This document shows, piece by piece, positions 24,746 to 36,697 of a stretch of 64,000 nucleotides of DNA. The DNA comes from Camelus dromedarius (Eukaryota): positions 82,586,001 to 82,650,000 of the forward strand of contig NC_087437.1 of assembly GCF_036321535.1 (NCBI RefSeq), in the 5' to 3' direction. Each line of letters starts with the position of its first letter. The stretch's first letter is position 1. The position numbers and the translations under genes are program-made. The notes under the pieces were generated by a model that was not told where the DNA came from, searched no databases, and saw only the letters and a program-made list of their open reading frames with translations.

Positions 24746-27029
24746 TTAGTGGCGGAGATACTCTGTCCTTACGCCTGTGTGTGTTGAATTTTAGAAACTT
24801 GACACAACTGATTTGTTTAATCAACTTTATTTCTGTCCTTACGCTAGAACGTTTATGTACTTACTAGCAGCACCATCTTCTGTCTATGACTTAATTAGCC
24901 TAGTCTCTTTCTGCTTATGGAGCAAAGCACGATCTCACCCACACGGGCTTCATTAACTCATAGCTATTTCAGCTTGTAACCGTCACTAGGAAAATTTTAA
25001 ACTGTGGAAACTTCAGAAGATACAGTTTTCCTTCACTCTGTTCAATGCCTTTCTGTTATGACCATGGGATCAAAGAATTGCAGCGTGTGTGGCAAAGATT
25101 CGACATTTAGCTTAATTTGAGGAAGACATCAATGACTTAAAAGAAAAATAAGTATCCTAACAACCATTTTTTTTGCTTTACAGTGGTATATAAAATCATC
25201 ACCTTATAATTTATGTAATCATGTCAATAGTTACTTTTCTTTTATCCAAATGAATGCCATTAATATGTTACCAAGAATGTCTGTGCAGCCCATATACTGT
25301 GGGATTCAAATGGCTGGACATGAGCTCCCTCAAGTATTAAATATTTATAATAGCCACTTATGCAGTCCCTTCTAGCCCTTAATAGCTTCATACTAGAGTG
25401 TGTGAGTTCTTCATTTGATCTAGCCTGTATTTCTTGTGTCGCTGTTTTAAATAATTTTCTTACATTCAGGACATACTGGAGCTGGAAACAGCTGGTCAAT
25501 GTCTTCTAAATAATAACATCATGTTTAAAGATTCATGGTCCGGCACTTCCTAATTGTGCTTTCTCCAAACCAAATAATACTAATTCCTTTAATCTTTAAT
25601 CATGCATCCAGTTGCCTAGGCCTTTTCTTAAGCCCCAACACTAGATATGAAGTAGTTCCAACCATGTGTTTAGATCAGGGATTTCAGTTCCCATTTAACT
25701 TTGATTAGAAACAGTTTCTCTAGGGCATACAAATATACTTCTCAGGCCTAACAACATAAGATAAATGCTTCTGAAGTGTACAGAGGGATGCTCTGTCACT
25801 CACTCAGCTGTTCCTCTTTTTATTACCTAGAGGCTAGCCAGTGGATGAATCAAACGGACACTGCCTGTTATGTGTTGTCTATAGGAACATTCTTGATGGA
25901 TTAACCAACTCCAATTCAAGCTTTTCCCTGGTTAGCATTCCTTGTACTAAAATGACCAGGTGGAAGAATGATCTTTAAAATATATTAGGGAATATAATTT
26001 TACTTTAGGAATATAGTTTTCTTCCTGATGAAATTCATTCATGTCCTTAACAGAGGTGAGCATCTTTCAAAATATACAAGGACAAATCAGTCTTATTAAC
26101 TCTTTACGTAAATAAGTCACTGTGCTACTAAAATGGTAGGTTAAGGACTAATTTGCAAAGATGATACATGTTGTATGTAATCTGTGTTCTTCAAGAACAT
26201 TTTCCAAGTACTTTTGAATCAAACAGAGATCATACTAAGCAGAAAATCAAGAGCCTGAGAACAAGTCTGGCTCTCTCAAGCCTGGATAAACTCTACCTCA
26301 GTCTTGGATAGTGGGTTCTTCAGAAATCTTCCTGTCTCCATCGAAATTCTCCTTTAAGAAACTTCGGATTTTTTTTTTTTTTTACATTCTCAGTGCTATA
26401 TACGTGAACATTAACTTTGTTGCCTGCATGAAATTCACTCACTTATAGATAACTCTGGTCTTAATAACAATAAGAGCTGGTATTTTGATAACAATTGGAA
26501 CAAAATGATTCTTAGTAAAAGAAATACAAAGTTTTGGAATGTCATTAGAACCAGTAACCATACAAGTCAATCTAGACAATGTGATATTGAACAAGCACAA
26601 ACAAGTAGTTACTGAAACAGCTGTACACCTAGAAAACAATATTCAAAAAAATTACAGCTGAAATGATTGCTTAGGATACTAATTTAGTGACTGACACAGA
26701 CCAAGAATTTGTGTAGGATTTTAGACATCATTGGCATTGTGGAGGCAAATTATATAACTGAGTAAACGAAGCCTTTTTCCTGTTTTTCAGTAGAAGTCAG
26801 GGATGACAGTCTTTATAGTAAAAATTCTTGTTGATAATCACCTGCACAAACCTTGCTTTTTTAGAGGATAATATTTTCCTCTTATTTTTATAACAGAGTA
26901 GAATTTCACCTGATTGTAACTTAGCTATGTGGAAACCTTAAGAATTTTAGTTGAAATGAGTGAAAGTGAAAAATCATGTTACTCTTACTTTCTACCCACC
27001 TTCAGAGGAGACCCCGTCAAACAAAAGCC

Positions 27030-28190
27030 AGCATTATTTGAATGTGAAAAGTTTAAACAATGGAGAAAAGTAAAGATATCACTAAAATCTATACTTGTGA
27101 GTTCTCAAGACAGATTGTCACAGTGTTCACACTTTGTCCCTCATACATTGTTATAAAAAATGAAACTTGGCTGCTGAGATTTAATTTCCTCTATTCCCTT
27201 TGCCAGCCCCCTTCCGTTTCTCTCTGCTCAGAAGCAACCATTGTCATTGCTTTGGTGACTCTTCTCCCAGCTTTTATATTTTTGCTACTTTTCATTCATA
27301 GGAATATTTTTAAAATTTTATTATAAATTCATTAATTGTTGGAATAGTGTTGAAACTATTATAATTTATATATTTATCAGGATAAAATGACATCTTTATT
27401 ATATTGAATTTTCCAATTCGTAAGTAGTAGTTTCTCCTCTATTTATTCAGGTTTCCTTTTATGTTCTTTAAGAAATAATTTTCTCCATGTTTTGTAGTCT
27501 TTCATTTGATTTATTCATAGTAGCAATAGATTTTATTGCTATTAAATATAGGGTTATTGCTACATTTTCTAGATATTATAAGACTAATATATATGACCAA
27601 TAGTGTTTTTTACATGTTGATCTTGTTTCAGTAGTCCTGCAGAAGTCTTTTCCAAATTTTTTGATTCTCTGAAATTATCTGAAAATAATGACAATTTTGC
27701 TTTATTCTTTGCAGTTCTTAAAACTCTTACGTTCTCTTTTTTGTCTTGTTTATTAGCTGTGATATCAATATTGTGTTGAATAGTAATGAGTTTAGTAGAG
27801 TTTTTGGCTGATTTGAAAGTATCAACTGATAAAGATTATTATTAACTGTGATGTTTGATATAGGTTTTTGGTAGATGTACTTTACAAATTTAAGGAAATT
27901 CCCTTTAGTTCCTAGTTTGCTAAAATATTTTTTAAAGTATGAATTATTAAATTTTCCTAATTTTACTGCATTTGTTGAAAAGATCGTATGACTTTTCTTC
28001 AATCTGTTATATAATGAATCATAAAGATAATTTTGATGTTCTGTTTCTGAATTCCTGGCATAAGCACAGATTAGTCAAGATGTATGGTGTTTAACCATAA
28101 AATGTTTTTTTTTTAACGTGGAATCATCTTTGACATCAGCTGTTCTTTAATGTTTTCCTAATTTATCATTTTAAATTCCCTACTATTTTA
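27030..28190 (-). mobile_element. Ancient L1ME ORF2/3' remnant
   Basis: tttaaggaaattccctttagttcctagtttgctaaaat; minus ORF 27727-28002 (KLGTKGNFLKFVKYIYQKPISNI) resembles degraded L1 RT. Confidence 0.7.
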
Positions 28191-28199
28191 TTTGATAAT

Positions 28200-28785
28200 T
28201 TTTCTTCCAATTAATGATACATAACCAACAAACAGTATTGTATAAGTTAAAGGTATACAGCATAATGATTTGACTTACATAAATTATGAAATGATTATCA
28301 CAGTAAATTTAGTGAACATCCATCATCTCATACAGATACCAAATTAAAGACATTTTTTTATTTGTGTATGCATGATGAGAACTCTTAGCATGTACTCTCT
28401 TAAGAACTTTTGTATATAGTATACAGCAGTGTTAATTATGTTTATCATGTTGTATGTTACATCACTAGTACTTATTTATTTTATAACTAGAAGTTTATCA
28501 TACCTTTTGACTGACTTCATCCAATTCCCTCTGTCCCCAGTCCCCACCTCTGGTAACCACAAATCTCATTACTTTAACTAAAAGTTTGTTGGAATGTTTT
28601 TGTTTTTGAAGTTTAATTGACCTACAACCCTGTGTTAGTTCATGTTACACAAAAGAGTGGTTTTTTTCTTACATTTCAAAATGATCACCACAATGTGTCT
28701 AGTTATGATATATCACGATACAAAGATATTACTTATTATTGACTATATTCCCCACATTGTGTTTTATACCCATGACTCATTTATT
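28200..28785 (-). mobile_element. L1MA-like 3' end
   Basis: aaggtatacagcataatgatttgacttacat...ttagtgaacatccatcatctcatac...tgatgagaactcttag. Confidence 0.75.
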
Positions 28786-28789
28786 CTGA

Positions 28790-31700
28790 TTTTTGGATTG
28801 AATGTTCTATGAAATCTACTATGATCATCTGATCTAATGTGTCATTTAAGTCCAGTGTTTCCCTATGGATTTTCTGTCTAGATAATCTGTCCATTGATAT
28901 AAATGGGATATTAAAGTGCCCTACTATTATTATGTTTAACTGTCAGTTTCTCCCTTTATGTTTGTTAATATTTGCTTTATGAATTTAGGTGCTTGTGTGT
29001 TGGATGCATATATATTTATAATTATTATATCTTTTCCTTGACCTGATTATGTAATTTATCATTATGTAATATCCTTCTTTGCCTCTTGTTGCAGTCTTTG
29101 TTTTAAAGTCTATTTTGTCAGTATAAATATTGCTATGCTGGCTTTCTTTTCTTTCCATTTATATGGAATATAAATATTGTGTGTCATTAGATCTGAAGTC
29201 TTTTGTAGGCAGTGTATATATGGGTCTTGTGTTTGTATCCATTCAGCCACTCTGTCTTTTGATTGAAGCATTTAGTCCATTTACATCTAAAGTAATTATT
29301 GATAGGTGTGTATTTATTTCCATTTTGTTAATTGTTTAGAGGTTGTCTTTGTAGTTCTTTTTTGTTCCTTTCTTTTTTTTCTCTTCTCTTAAGATTTTAT
29401 GACTATGTTTAGTGTTATGTTTGGATTCCTTTGTCTTTTTTTTTCTTTTCCTCTCTCTCTCTTTTTTTTTTTTTTTTTTAACTTTTTGGAGCTTTTTTTC
29501 AGGGAGAGGAGATAATTGGTTTTATTTATTTATTTATTTTTTAAATGGAGGTACTGGGGATTGAACCCAGGACCTCCTGCATGTTAAGCATACACTCTAC
29601 CACTGAGTGATACCCTCCCCTCTCCTTTGTCAATTGTGTAGGTGTACCTATTACAGATTTTTGGTTTGTCACTACCAATCTATATGTCTATACCTATTTC
29701 TATATATCTAGATATACAGATATAGATATATATGATTATTTTAAGCTGCTGATCTCTTAAGTTCAAATATTTTTAACATGAATTTTTACTCACCCAACCA
29801 CATTTACTGTTTGACATTATATTTTACATCATTTTGTTTTGTGTATTCCTTAATAATTTATTACAGATATAGATGATTTTAGTACTTCTGTCTTTTAACC
29901 TTTCTACTAGTTTTATGCATAACTGATTTGCTACCTTTACTGTGTATTTGCCTATACTAGTGACCTTTTTCCTATTGTAATTTTCATGTTTCTAGTTATG
30001 GCCTTTTATATTTTACTTAGAGAAGTCCTTTTAACATTTACCGTTAAGCTGGTTTGGTGGTCCTGAACTCTTTTGGCTTTTGCTTGTCTGTAAAACTTTT
30101 GATCTCTCCAGCAAATATGAATGAAAGCCTTGCTGAGTAGAGTATTCTTGGTTGTAGATTTTCCCTTGCATACTTTAAATATATCATACCACCCACTTTT
30201 GGCCTGCAGAGATTCTGCCGAAAAGTCAGCTGATAACCTTATGGGAGGCCCTTTGTATGTAACTTGTTGCTTTTCCCTTTCTGCCTTTAATATTCTCTCT
30301 TTGTCTTTAATTTTTACCATTTTAATTATAATGTGTCTTGTTGTGGTCCACTTTGCATTAATCTTATTTGGAACTATCTGTGCTTCCTGGACTTGGATGT
30401 CTATTTCCTTTTCCAGGTTAGGGGCATTTTTAACTATTATGTCTTCAAATGTGTGCTCTATCCCTTTCTCTCTTTTCCTTCTAGGACTCCAATATTGCAA
30501 ATGTTAGTATGCTTGACATTGTCACACAGGTCTCTTAAACTGTCCTCATTTCTTTTTATTCTTTTTTCTGTTCAGCTTCAGTGACTTCCACTACTCTGTC
30601 TTTCATTACATTGATCATTCCTCTTTATCATTTAATCTACTCTATATTCCTTCTAGTGTATTTTTCATTTCAGTCATTGTATTCTTTATCTCTGTTTGGC
30701 TATTCTTTATATTTTTTAACTCTTTATTACATTTCTCACTCTGTTTATGCCTTCTTCTCCTGAGTTATTTGAGCATCTTTACAGTCATTACCTTGAAGTC
30801 TTTATTAGGTAGGTTGCCTGTTTCTACTTCACTGATTTCTTCATTTGGGATATATTCCTCTGTCACCTCATTTTGCCTAATTTTCTATTTTTATTTCTAT
30901 TTATTTTGTAGATTGATTATGTTCCCCAACCTTGGAGAAATAGCCTTTTATAGGAGATGTCCTATGTGCCCTGGAAGCTCATTCCCTTCTGATAACAGAA
31001 CTATATGCCCTAGGGGTGTGTCCTGTTTGAGCTGTTTGGGTCCTTCTGTTGTGGCAGGCTGTCTACTGTGGCAGTCTAGAAGGTGTAGCTGGCCCCTAGT
31101 CTGGTTGGTTGCTGGGATATTTCTTGCATGGAGGCTTCTCACCACTGGTTGGTAGGGTTTGATCGTGAGGCTGCTGATGATGGGATCCGGGGAAGTCCAA
31201 AGGCTAATGCTGGCCCTCTGGTGGGTGAAGCCAGGTTCTAGAAATGATTGTCCAAGATCTAGTGTTGGAGGGCAGGGCTAATTCCTGTCACAGCTGGCTG
31301 TGGGGTCCAGTATGTCCCAAAGCTGGTATTGGTCCACTAGTGAGTGGGGCTAGATCCTGGGTTGGCAGATTGAGAGGTCCAAGGTAACTCAAAGGTGTCT
31401 ACCTGCTGGTGGGTGGGGCCAGGGCCCAGAGTATCCCAAGGCTAGTGCCAGCTCACTGGAGGTTGGAGCCACATTCATGGGTCTCTGGCTGCAGGGCCCT
31501 GTGGGTCCCAGAACTAGTGTCTGCCTACTGGTGTGTGAGGCTGGATCCTGGGCTACCTCGCTGGGGGGCTGTAGTGGTCCTGGAGCTACTATCCACCCAC
31601 TGATGGGTGATTCTGAGTCCTGGGACTAGTGCTTACCCACTGGTGGGCAGAGCTAGGTCCTGGAGTCTCTGGTGTTTCTTCCTGCTTATTGGACCAAGAG

Positions 31701-32460
31701 GTGTCCTGGAGCTGGTGCATACCCACTGGTGGATGAGGCTTGTCCTGGGGCTGGTGCTTGCCCACTGATGGGCAGAGCTAAGTCCCAAGGTCTCTAGCTA
31801 CAGAGCCCTATAGGTCCCAGGACTAGTGCCAGCACACTGGTGTGTCAAGTGTCTGTTCCTGGGCCCTCTTTTGGACAAAGCCAGATCCTGGGGCAGTTAT
31901 AAGTTCAGGGGGAAAGCAGAGCAGCTGATAGATGGGATGGAGCTGTGACCCTGCCCAGCTAGTTGCTTGGCCTGAGGTATCCCAGGACTGGTGCTGATAC
32001 GCTGCTGGGCCGGGCCAGGTCCCAGCACTAATAAGATAGAGGAGGCTTCCAGAAGTGTCCACATGGTAGAATGAGCTCCTCAAAATGGCTCCTGCCAGTG
32101 TCTGTGTCCCCAAGCTCAGCCCTAGCTGCCTTCTGTGTCTGTGGGGGACTCTCCAAAATCAGGAGGTCAATCTGACCCAGGCTCTTATCAAATTACTGCT
32201 TCGGCCCTGGGTCCTGTGGTGTGTTAGATTTTATGTGTGCCCTTCATGAGTTGAGTCTCTATTTCCTACAGGCCTCTGGCTCTCCTAAAAGCAAGCACCC
32301 GCTGTCCTTCAAAGCCAAATGTTCTGGGGACCTTCTCAGTGTAGCACCCCACACTGGGGAGACTGATGTGGGACTTGGAGCCTTTGGGATAACCTCTGCA
32401 ACTGTAATTATCTTTCTGTTTGTGGGTCACCCAGCTGGGTGTATGGGTTTTACTCTACTG
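28790..32460 (-). mobile_element. LINE-1 5' half: ORF2 endonuclease start, inter-ORF, ORF1, long GC-rich 5'UTR
   Basis: Minus ORF 30006-30500 EKGIEHTFEDII...RHIIIKMVKIKDKERILKAEREKQQVTYKGPPIRLSADFSAESLQA is L1 ORF1p; EN-like gatattaaagtgccctactattatt; GC-rich repetitive UTR ~30950-32460. Confidence 0.92.
29436..29620 (-). mobile_element. tRNA-derived SINE (Vic-1-like) nested in L1
   Basis: atggaggtactggggattgaacccaggacctcctgcatgttaagcatacactctaccactgagtgataccctcccc is the reverse complement of the SINE type at 21713; TSD TCCTTTGTC at 29427-29435 and 29623-29631. Confidence 0.9.
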
Positions 32461-33064
32461 CATTATTTCTCTCTCATACTAGATTGTAAGCTCATAATAA
32501 GATCTTAACTGAAGACCTGAATTTCACTGAATCTTTGTTTCCATCAAATATCCTAACAATGCTGCTTGTTTTTGTAAGTGCTTAATTGTATTATGTTATC
32601 AAACAAAAATGCCAAAATATATTCAGGATAGAATATGTAAAAAGAAGGAAATGATACATTTTTAAAGTGTTTCATCCAGATGGTAATTAATAAAGTTAAG
32701 CTTCTTGAAGGAGGAAACTCTCAGCTAAGTGAAAAATCTGGCTATTTAGAATCTCTTGAATTCAATATAACTAAGATTTTATCCCTGTTTCTAGTTAGAT
32801 TATGCCCTTAGATAAAGAATCTCTGGCTCACTGGCAAAGCTATCATTAATATTATAATACCAAAAAATAGAAAATGGGGGGAAAAAAGGAAAGTTACACC
32901 TTTTAAAGCCCAATCTTTGCCTCGTACCTGGAATTTTCAAAGAAATACAGATCAAGAGACATAAAATGCTATGAAGACTAAACTCAGATCTTAACATGTT
33001 TCTTAGCAGTTAGAGGGCTTATTGAAGTAAAACTGACTCATTAAAGACCACTGAACAGCTTTAT

Positions 33065-34700
33065 AGATGATCCAGAAGATGATTAAAGGACTGGAAACAA
33101 AGACTGACACTGAGAGGTTAATAAAGCTGAAACTATATAACTTGATAAAGAAAAGAAAGACCCAACAGTCATTTAATGCCAGTCTTTTTTTAATTTTAAT
33201 TTTTTTATTGAAGTATAGTTGATGTACAATATTATATTAGTTTCAGGTGTACAGCATCATGATTCAATGTTTTTATAGATTATACTTAATTTAAAATTAT
33301 TACAAAATAATGGCTGTATTTCCCTGTGCAGTACAATATATCCTTGATGCTTATTTGTTTGATACATAGTCATTTATATCTCTTAATCCCCTATCACCAT
33401 CTTGCTGCTCTTCCCTTTCCCTCTCCCCAGTGATATCCACTAGTTTGTTCTCTGTACTTGTGAGTTTGTTTCTGTTTTGTTGTATTCATTCATTTGTTTC
33501 ATTTTTTGGACTCTACATATAAGTGATAATACAGCGTACTTATCCTTCTCTGTCTAACTTATGTCCCTAAGCATAATACCCTCTATGTCCATTCACATTG
33601 TTGCAAATGGAAGAATTTCATTCCTTTTATAGATTAGTAATATTCCATGGTATATATACCACATCTTCTTTACTCATTTATCTGTCGATAGGCACTTGGG
33701 TTGCTCTCATAGCTTGGCTTCTGTAAATAATGCTGCTGTGAATATTGGAGTGCATGTATCTTTTCAAATTAGTATTTTTGTTTTCTTCAGATACATACCC
33801 AGGAGAGGAATTGCTGGATAATGTGATGGTTCTATTCTTAGTGTTTTGAGGAAAGTCCATACAGTTTTCGATAGTGGCTACACCAGTTTACATTCCCACC
33901 AGCAATGTACTAGGATTGCCTTTTCTCTACATCCTCATCAATATTTGTTATTGTGGTCTCTGATAATAGCCATTCTGACAGGTATGAGGTGACATCTCAT
34001 TGTGGTATTGATTTGCATTTCTCTAATGACTAGTGAGCATCCTTTGATGTGCCTCTTGGCCATCTGGATATCTTCTTTGGAAAAAAAATCTATTCAGGTC
34101 TTCTTTGCATTTTTTAATTGGGTTGTTTGCTTTTTTGATATTAAGTTGTATAAGCTACTTATATATTTTGAATGTTAACCTCTTATCAGTCATATCGTTT
34201 GCAAATATTTTCTCACATTCAGTAGGTTGTCTTTCCATTTTGTCAGTGATTTCCTTTGCTGTGCCAAAGTTTTAAGTTTAATTAGGTCCCATGTGTTTAT
34301 TTTTGTTTTTGTTTTTTTTTTTGCTTTAGGAATTAGATCCAAAAAATACTGCTATGATTTACGTCAAAGAGTTTTCTGCCTGTGTTCTTGTCTAGGAGTT
34401 TTATGGTTTCTGATCTTATATTTAGGTCTTTAATCCATTTTAAGCTTATTTTTGCATATGGTGTGAGAAAATTTTCTAATTATTTTTACATGTAGCTGTC
34501 TGTGTGCCAGTCTTTAAACATACAAAGGGATTTTATTCAGTGAGTGGTGGCCAGCTGTTTTCAAACTTGAATGTGCATAGTACATTATAAAATCGGTTTA
34601 AACTAAATTAAGAGGGATGTAGTTTTGTTTGGAATAATTTCCTATAAGCAATGAAGTTAAGTTATTGAATAAATCTTCTCTGAAAGAGATGAGAGTTTCC
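33065..34700 (+). mobile_element. L3/CR1 fragment split by an L1 insertion (pieces ~33065-33187 and ~34516-34700)
   Basis: gatgattaaaggactggaaac...gagaggttaataaagctg...agtcttt|aaacatacaaagggattttattcagtgagtggtggccagctgttttc is collinear with the CR1/L3 3' region. Confidence 0.65.
33188..34504 (-). mobile_element. 5'-truncated L1 (ORF2 C-terminus and 3'UTR)
   Basis: ttttattgaagtatagttgatgtacaat...; TSD TGCCAGTCTTT at 33177-33187 and 34505-34515, followed by AAA. Confidence 0.92.
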
Positions 34701-35217
34701 CTCCATATTTGGGGGGCTCTATATGCTGCTGTTGGAAATGCACTGATTGTGTATCTTGAGCGTTCTTCTCACAATTTTATATTGTCATAACTTCAGTAGA
34801 TGGAACTATCCCAAAACAAACTCTTCCTCCATTGGTTACTTCTCATTTACCCCACCTAACAAAGCCATATGTAAGTTTTACATCTTTGAGAAATTTTTAA
34901 TAAAGCAATGAAACCTTCTGTGAACTAGATTTGTCATTGAGATAGATGAGATTCTAGTTTCTGAACAGCCGAAGGAAAATGATTAGCTGCATGTAAAGAA
35001 ATAGGTATAGACTATCATTGCTGATATTTTTACTATAGAATTTTTCCGTAAAATAATTTATCTTCAATTACTTTTTTCCTAAGAGTTACATTTTAGACTT
35101 TGGCATTTGGTCCAATTCTGTATAATTTTGAATTACAGAAAAAAATAGATATATTAAGTGACTGGTATGTTATGAACATCTTTTTCTAAGATTCAAGGAA
35201 CAGATTGTTTGAATAGA

Positions 35218-35790
35218 TTTTTTTTAAATTGAAGTATAGTCAGTTGCAATGTGTCATTTTCTGGTGTACAGCATAATGTCCCAGTCATGTATATACATAC
35301 ATATAGTTGTTTTCATATTCTTTTCCATTAAAGGTTATTATAAGATATTGAATATAGTTCCTGTGCTATACAGAAGAGATTTGGGGTTTTTATTTGTTTT
35401 TATATATAGTGGTTAACCTTTGCAAATACAAAACTCCCAAATTTATCCCTTCCCACCCCCTTTTCCCTGATAACCATAAAATTATTTACTGTGTCCACAG
35501 GTCTGTTTCTCTTTTGTAGTGAGTTCATTAGTGTCCTCTTTTTTCTTTTTTTGATTCCACGTATGAGTGATATCATATGGCATTTTTCTTTCTCTTTCTG
35601 GCTTACTTCAGTTAGAATGACATTCTCAAGAGACATCCATGTTGCTGTAAATGGCATTATTTTATTCTTTTTTATGGCTAAGTAGTACTCCATTATATAA
35701 ATATACCACAACTCCTTTATGCAGTCATCTGTTGATGGACATTTAGGTTGCTTCCATGTCTTGGCTATTGCATTTAGGGCTGCTATGAAT
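35218..35790 (-). mobile_element. Young 5'-truncated L1 3' end
   Basis: Minus ORF MWYIYIMEYYLAIKKNKIMPF (ORF2 C-terminus); probable TSD TGAATAG(A/C)TTTTT near 35210 and 35786. Confidence 0.9.
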
Positions 35791-36091
35791 AGCTTTTTAA
35801 GTGAGGTATAAAATCCTTAAATCCCTATTCTGTCACAGCTTTCCTCACAAAAATGACAATAATCTGACTGGATTTCTTAACTAAGTTATGCAGAATCATC
35901 CACATCAAACACTTACTTCATTCGTGATTTGGAGAAGCACAGTCTGGCAGAGTTAGGCTCACAGTATAAACAAAGACATCTAGGTAAATTCCTTTGCCTA
36001 GTGTTACTCACTGGGTCTGTGTGGCAGAGCCCTGATTAGAACCCAGACTGTGGATTTCCAGGTTAATACAATTTCTAGCAAATCAAGCTAC

Positions 36092-36548
36092 TTTTTTTTT
36101 TTTTTTTTTTTGGCTGAAGAATTTTTATTACTTTTATGTACAGAAAATTTGGTAGGGTACACTTAGCCCAGTTTGGTGGCCAGTTCTTTGGCCTTTGCCT
36201 TTTCCAGCTTGACAGTGCGAACCACTGATTTTGGAACCAGGATACTGCCTCCCCAGTGACAGTGGATCTCGTCATATCTGTCTTTGTAATTGGTCCTGAT
36301 GGCTTCCACCAGCTTGGCCAGGCCTCCTTTGTCTTCCAAGTTCACCTGCGTGAAGGCAACGGTGGTGCAGGTCTTTCTGTGGACCAGGCGCCCCAGCCTG
36401 GCCTTCCCCTTGGTGATGCAGTAGGGAACCCCCATCTTCTGACACAGGGCAGGCAGGAAGACAACGAGCTCAATGGGGTCCACATCATGTGCAATCACCA
36501 CCAGCTGAGCCTTCTTGTTCTCCACCAAGGTGGTGACAGTATTAACCC
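36092..36548 (-). pseudogene. RPL7A: Processed RPL7A (eL8) retrocopy, 3' exons only, with 3'UTR, AATAAA and poly(A)
   Basis: Translation [48 protein letters not shown] (stop 36163-36165) is the RPL7A C-terminal half with no introns; AATAAA at 36124-36129; T20 at 36092-36111; TSD CAAATCAAGCTACTTTT at 36079-36095 and 36698-36714. Confidence 0.97.
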
Positions 36549-36630
36549 CTAGAACACACAACCCATTTGCACCAGAGGGGTGGGAGCTGCTGTCCACAAA
36601 AGCAGTTCTACTGTGGGCCCAGCTATGGAC
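36549..36630 (-). other. Retained 3' part of an RPL7A intron (snoRNA D box to 3' splice site) inside the retrocopy
   Basis: Minus strand ...gggttgtgtgttctAG|GG GTT AAT: protein homology starts right after an AG acceptor in phase 1 (Gly codon); sequence lies inside the TSDs. Confidence 0.85.
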
Positions 36631-36697
36631 TCAGGGTTAAAAAGCTCGATTTCATGCTTCACAGCGATTCCAGGTGAAGAAATTCATGCATCACTGC
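36629..36697 (-). ncRNA. SNORD36B: Retroposed box C/D snoRNA, SNORD36 family (SNORD36B-like by position)
   Basis: Minus strand GCA-GTGATG(C box, 36694-36689)...GTGAAG...CGAGCTTTTTAAC-C-CTGA(D box, 36634-36631). The guide is complementary to 18S rRNA GTTAAAAAGCTCG. RPL7A is the known host of SNORD24 and SNORD36A/B/C. Confidence 0.88.

Noticed and set aside
30006..30500. Functional L1 ORF1
   Set aside because: Frameshifted fragment; the element is SINE-interrupted and lacks most of ORF2.
36163..36597. 144-aa ORF as a functional RPL7A gene or novel N-terminal isoform
   Set aside because: It starts at GTG inside the retained intron, lacks the N-terminal half, has poly(A) and TSDs, and carries many substitutions in a normally near-invariant protein.
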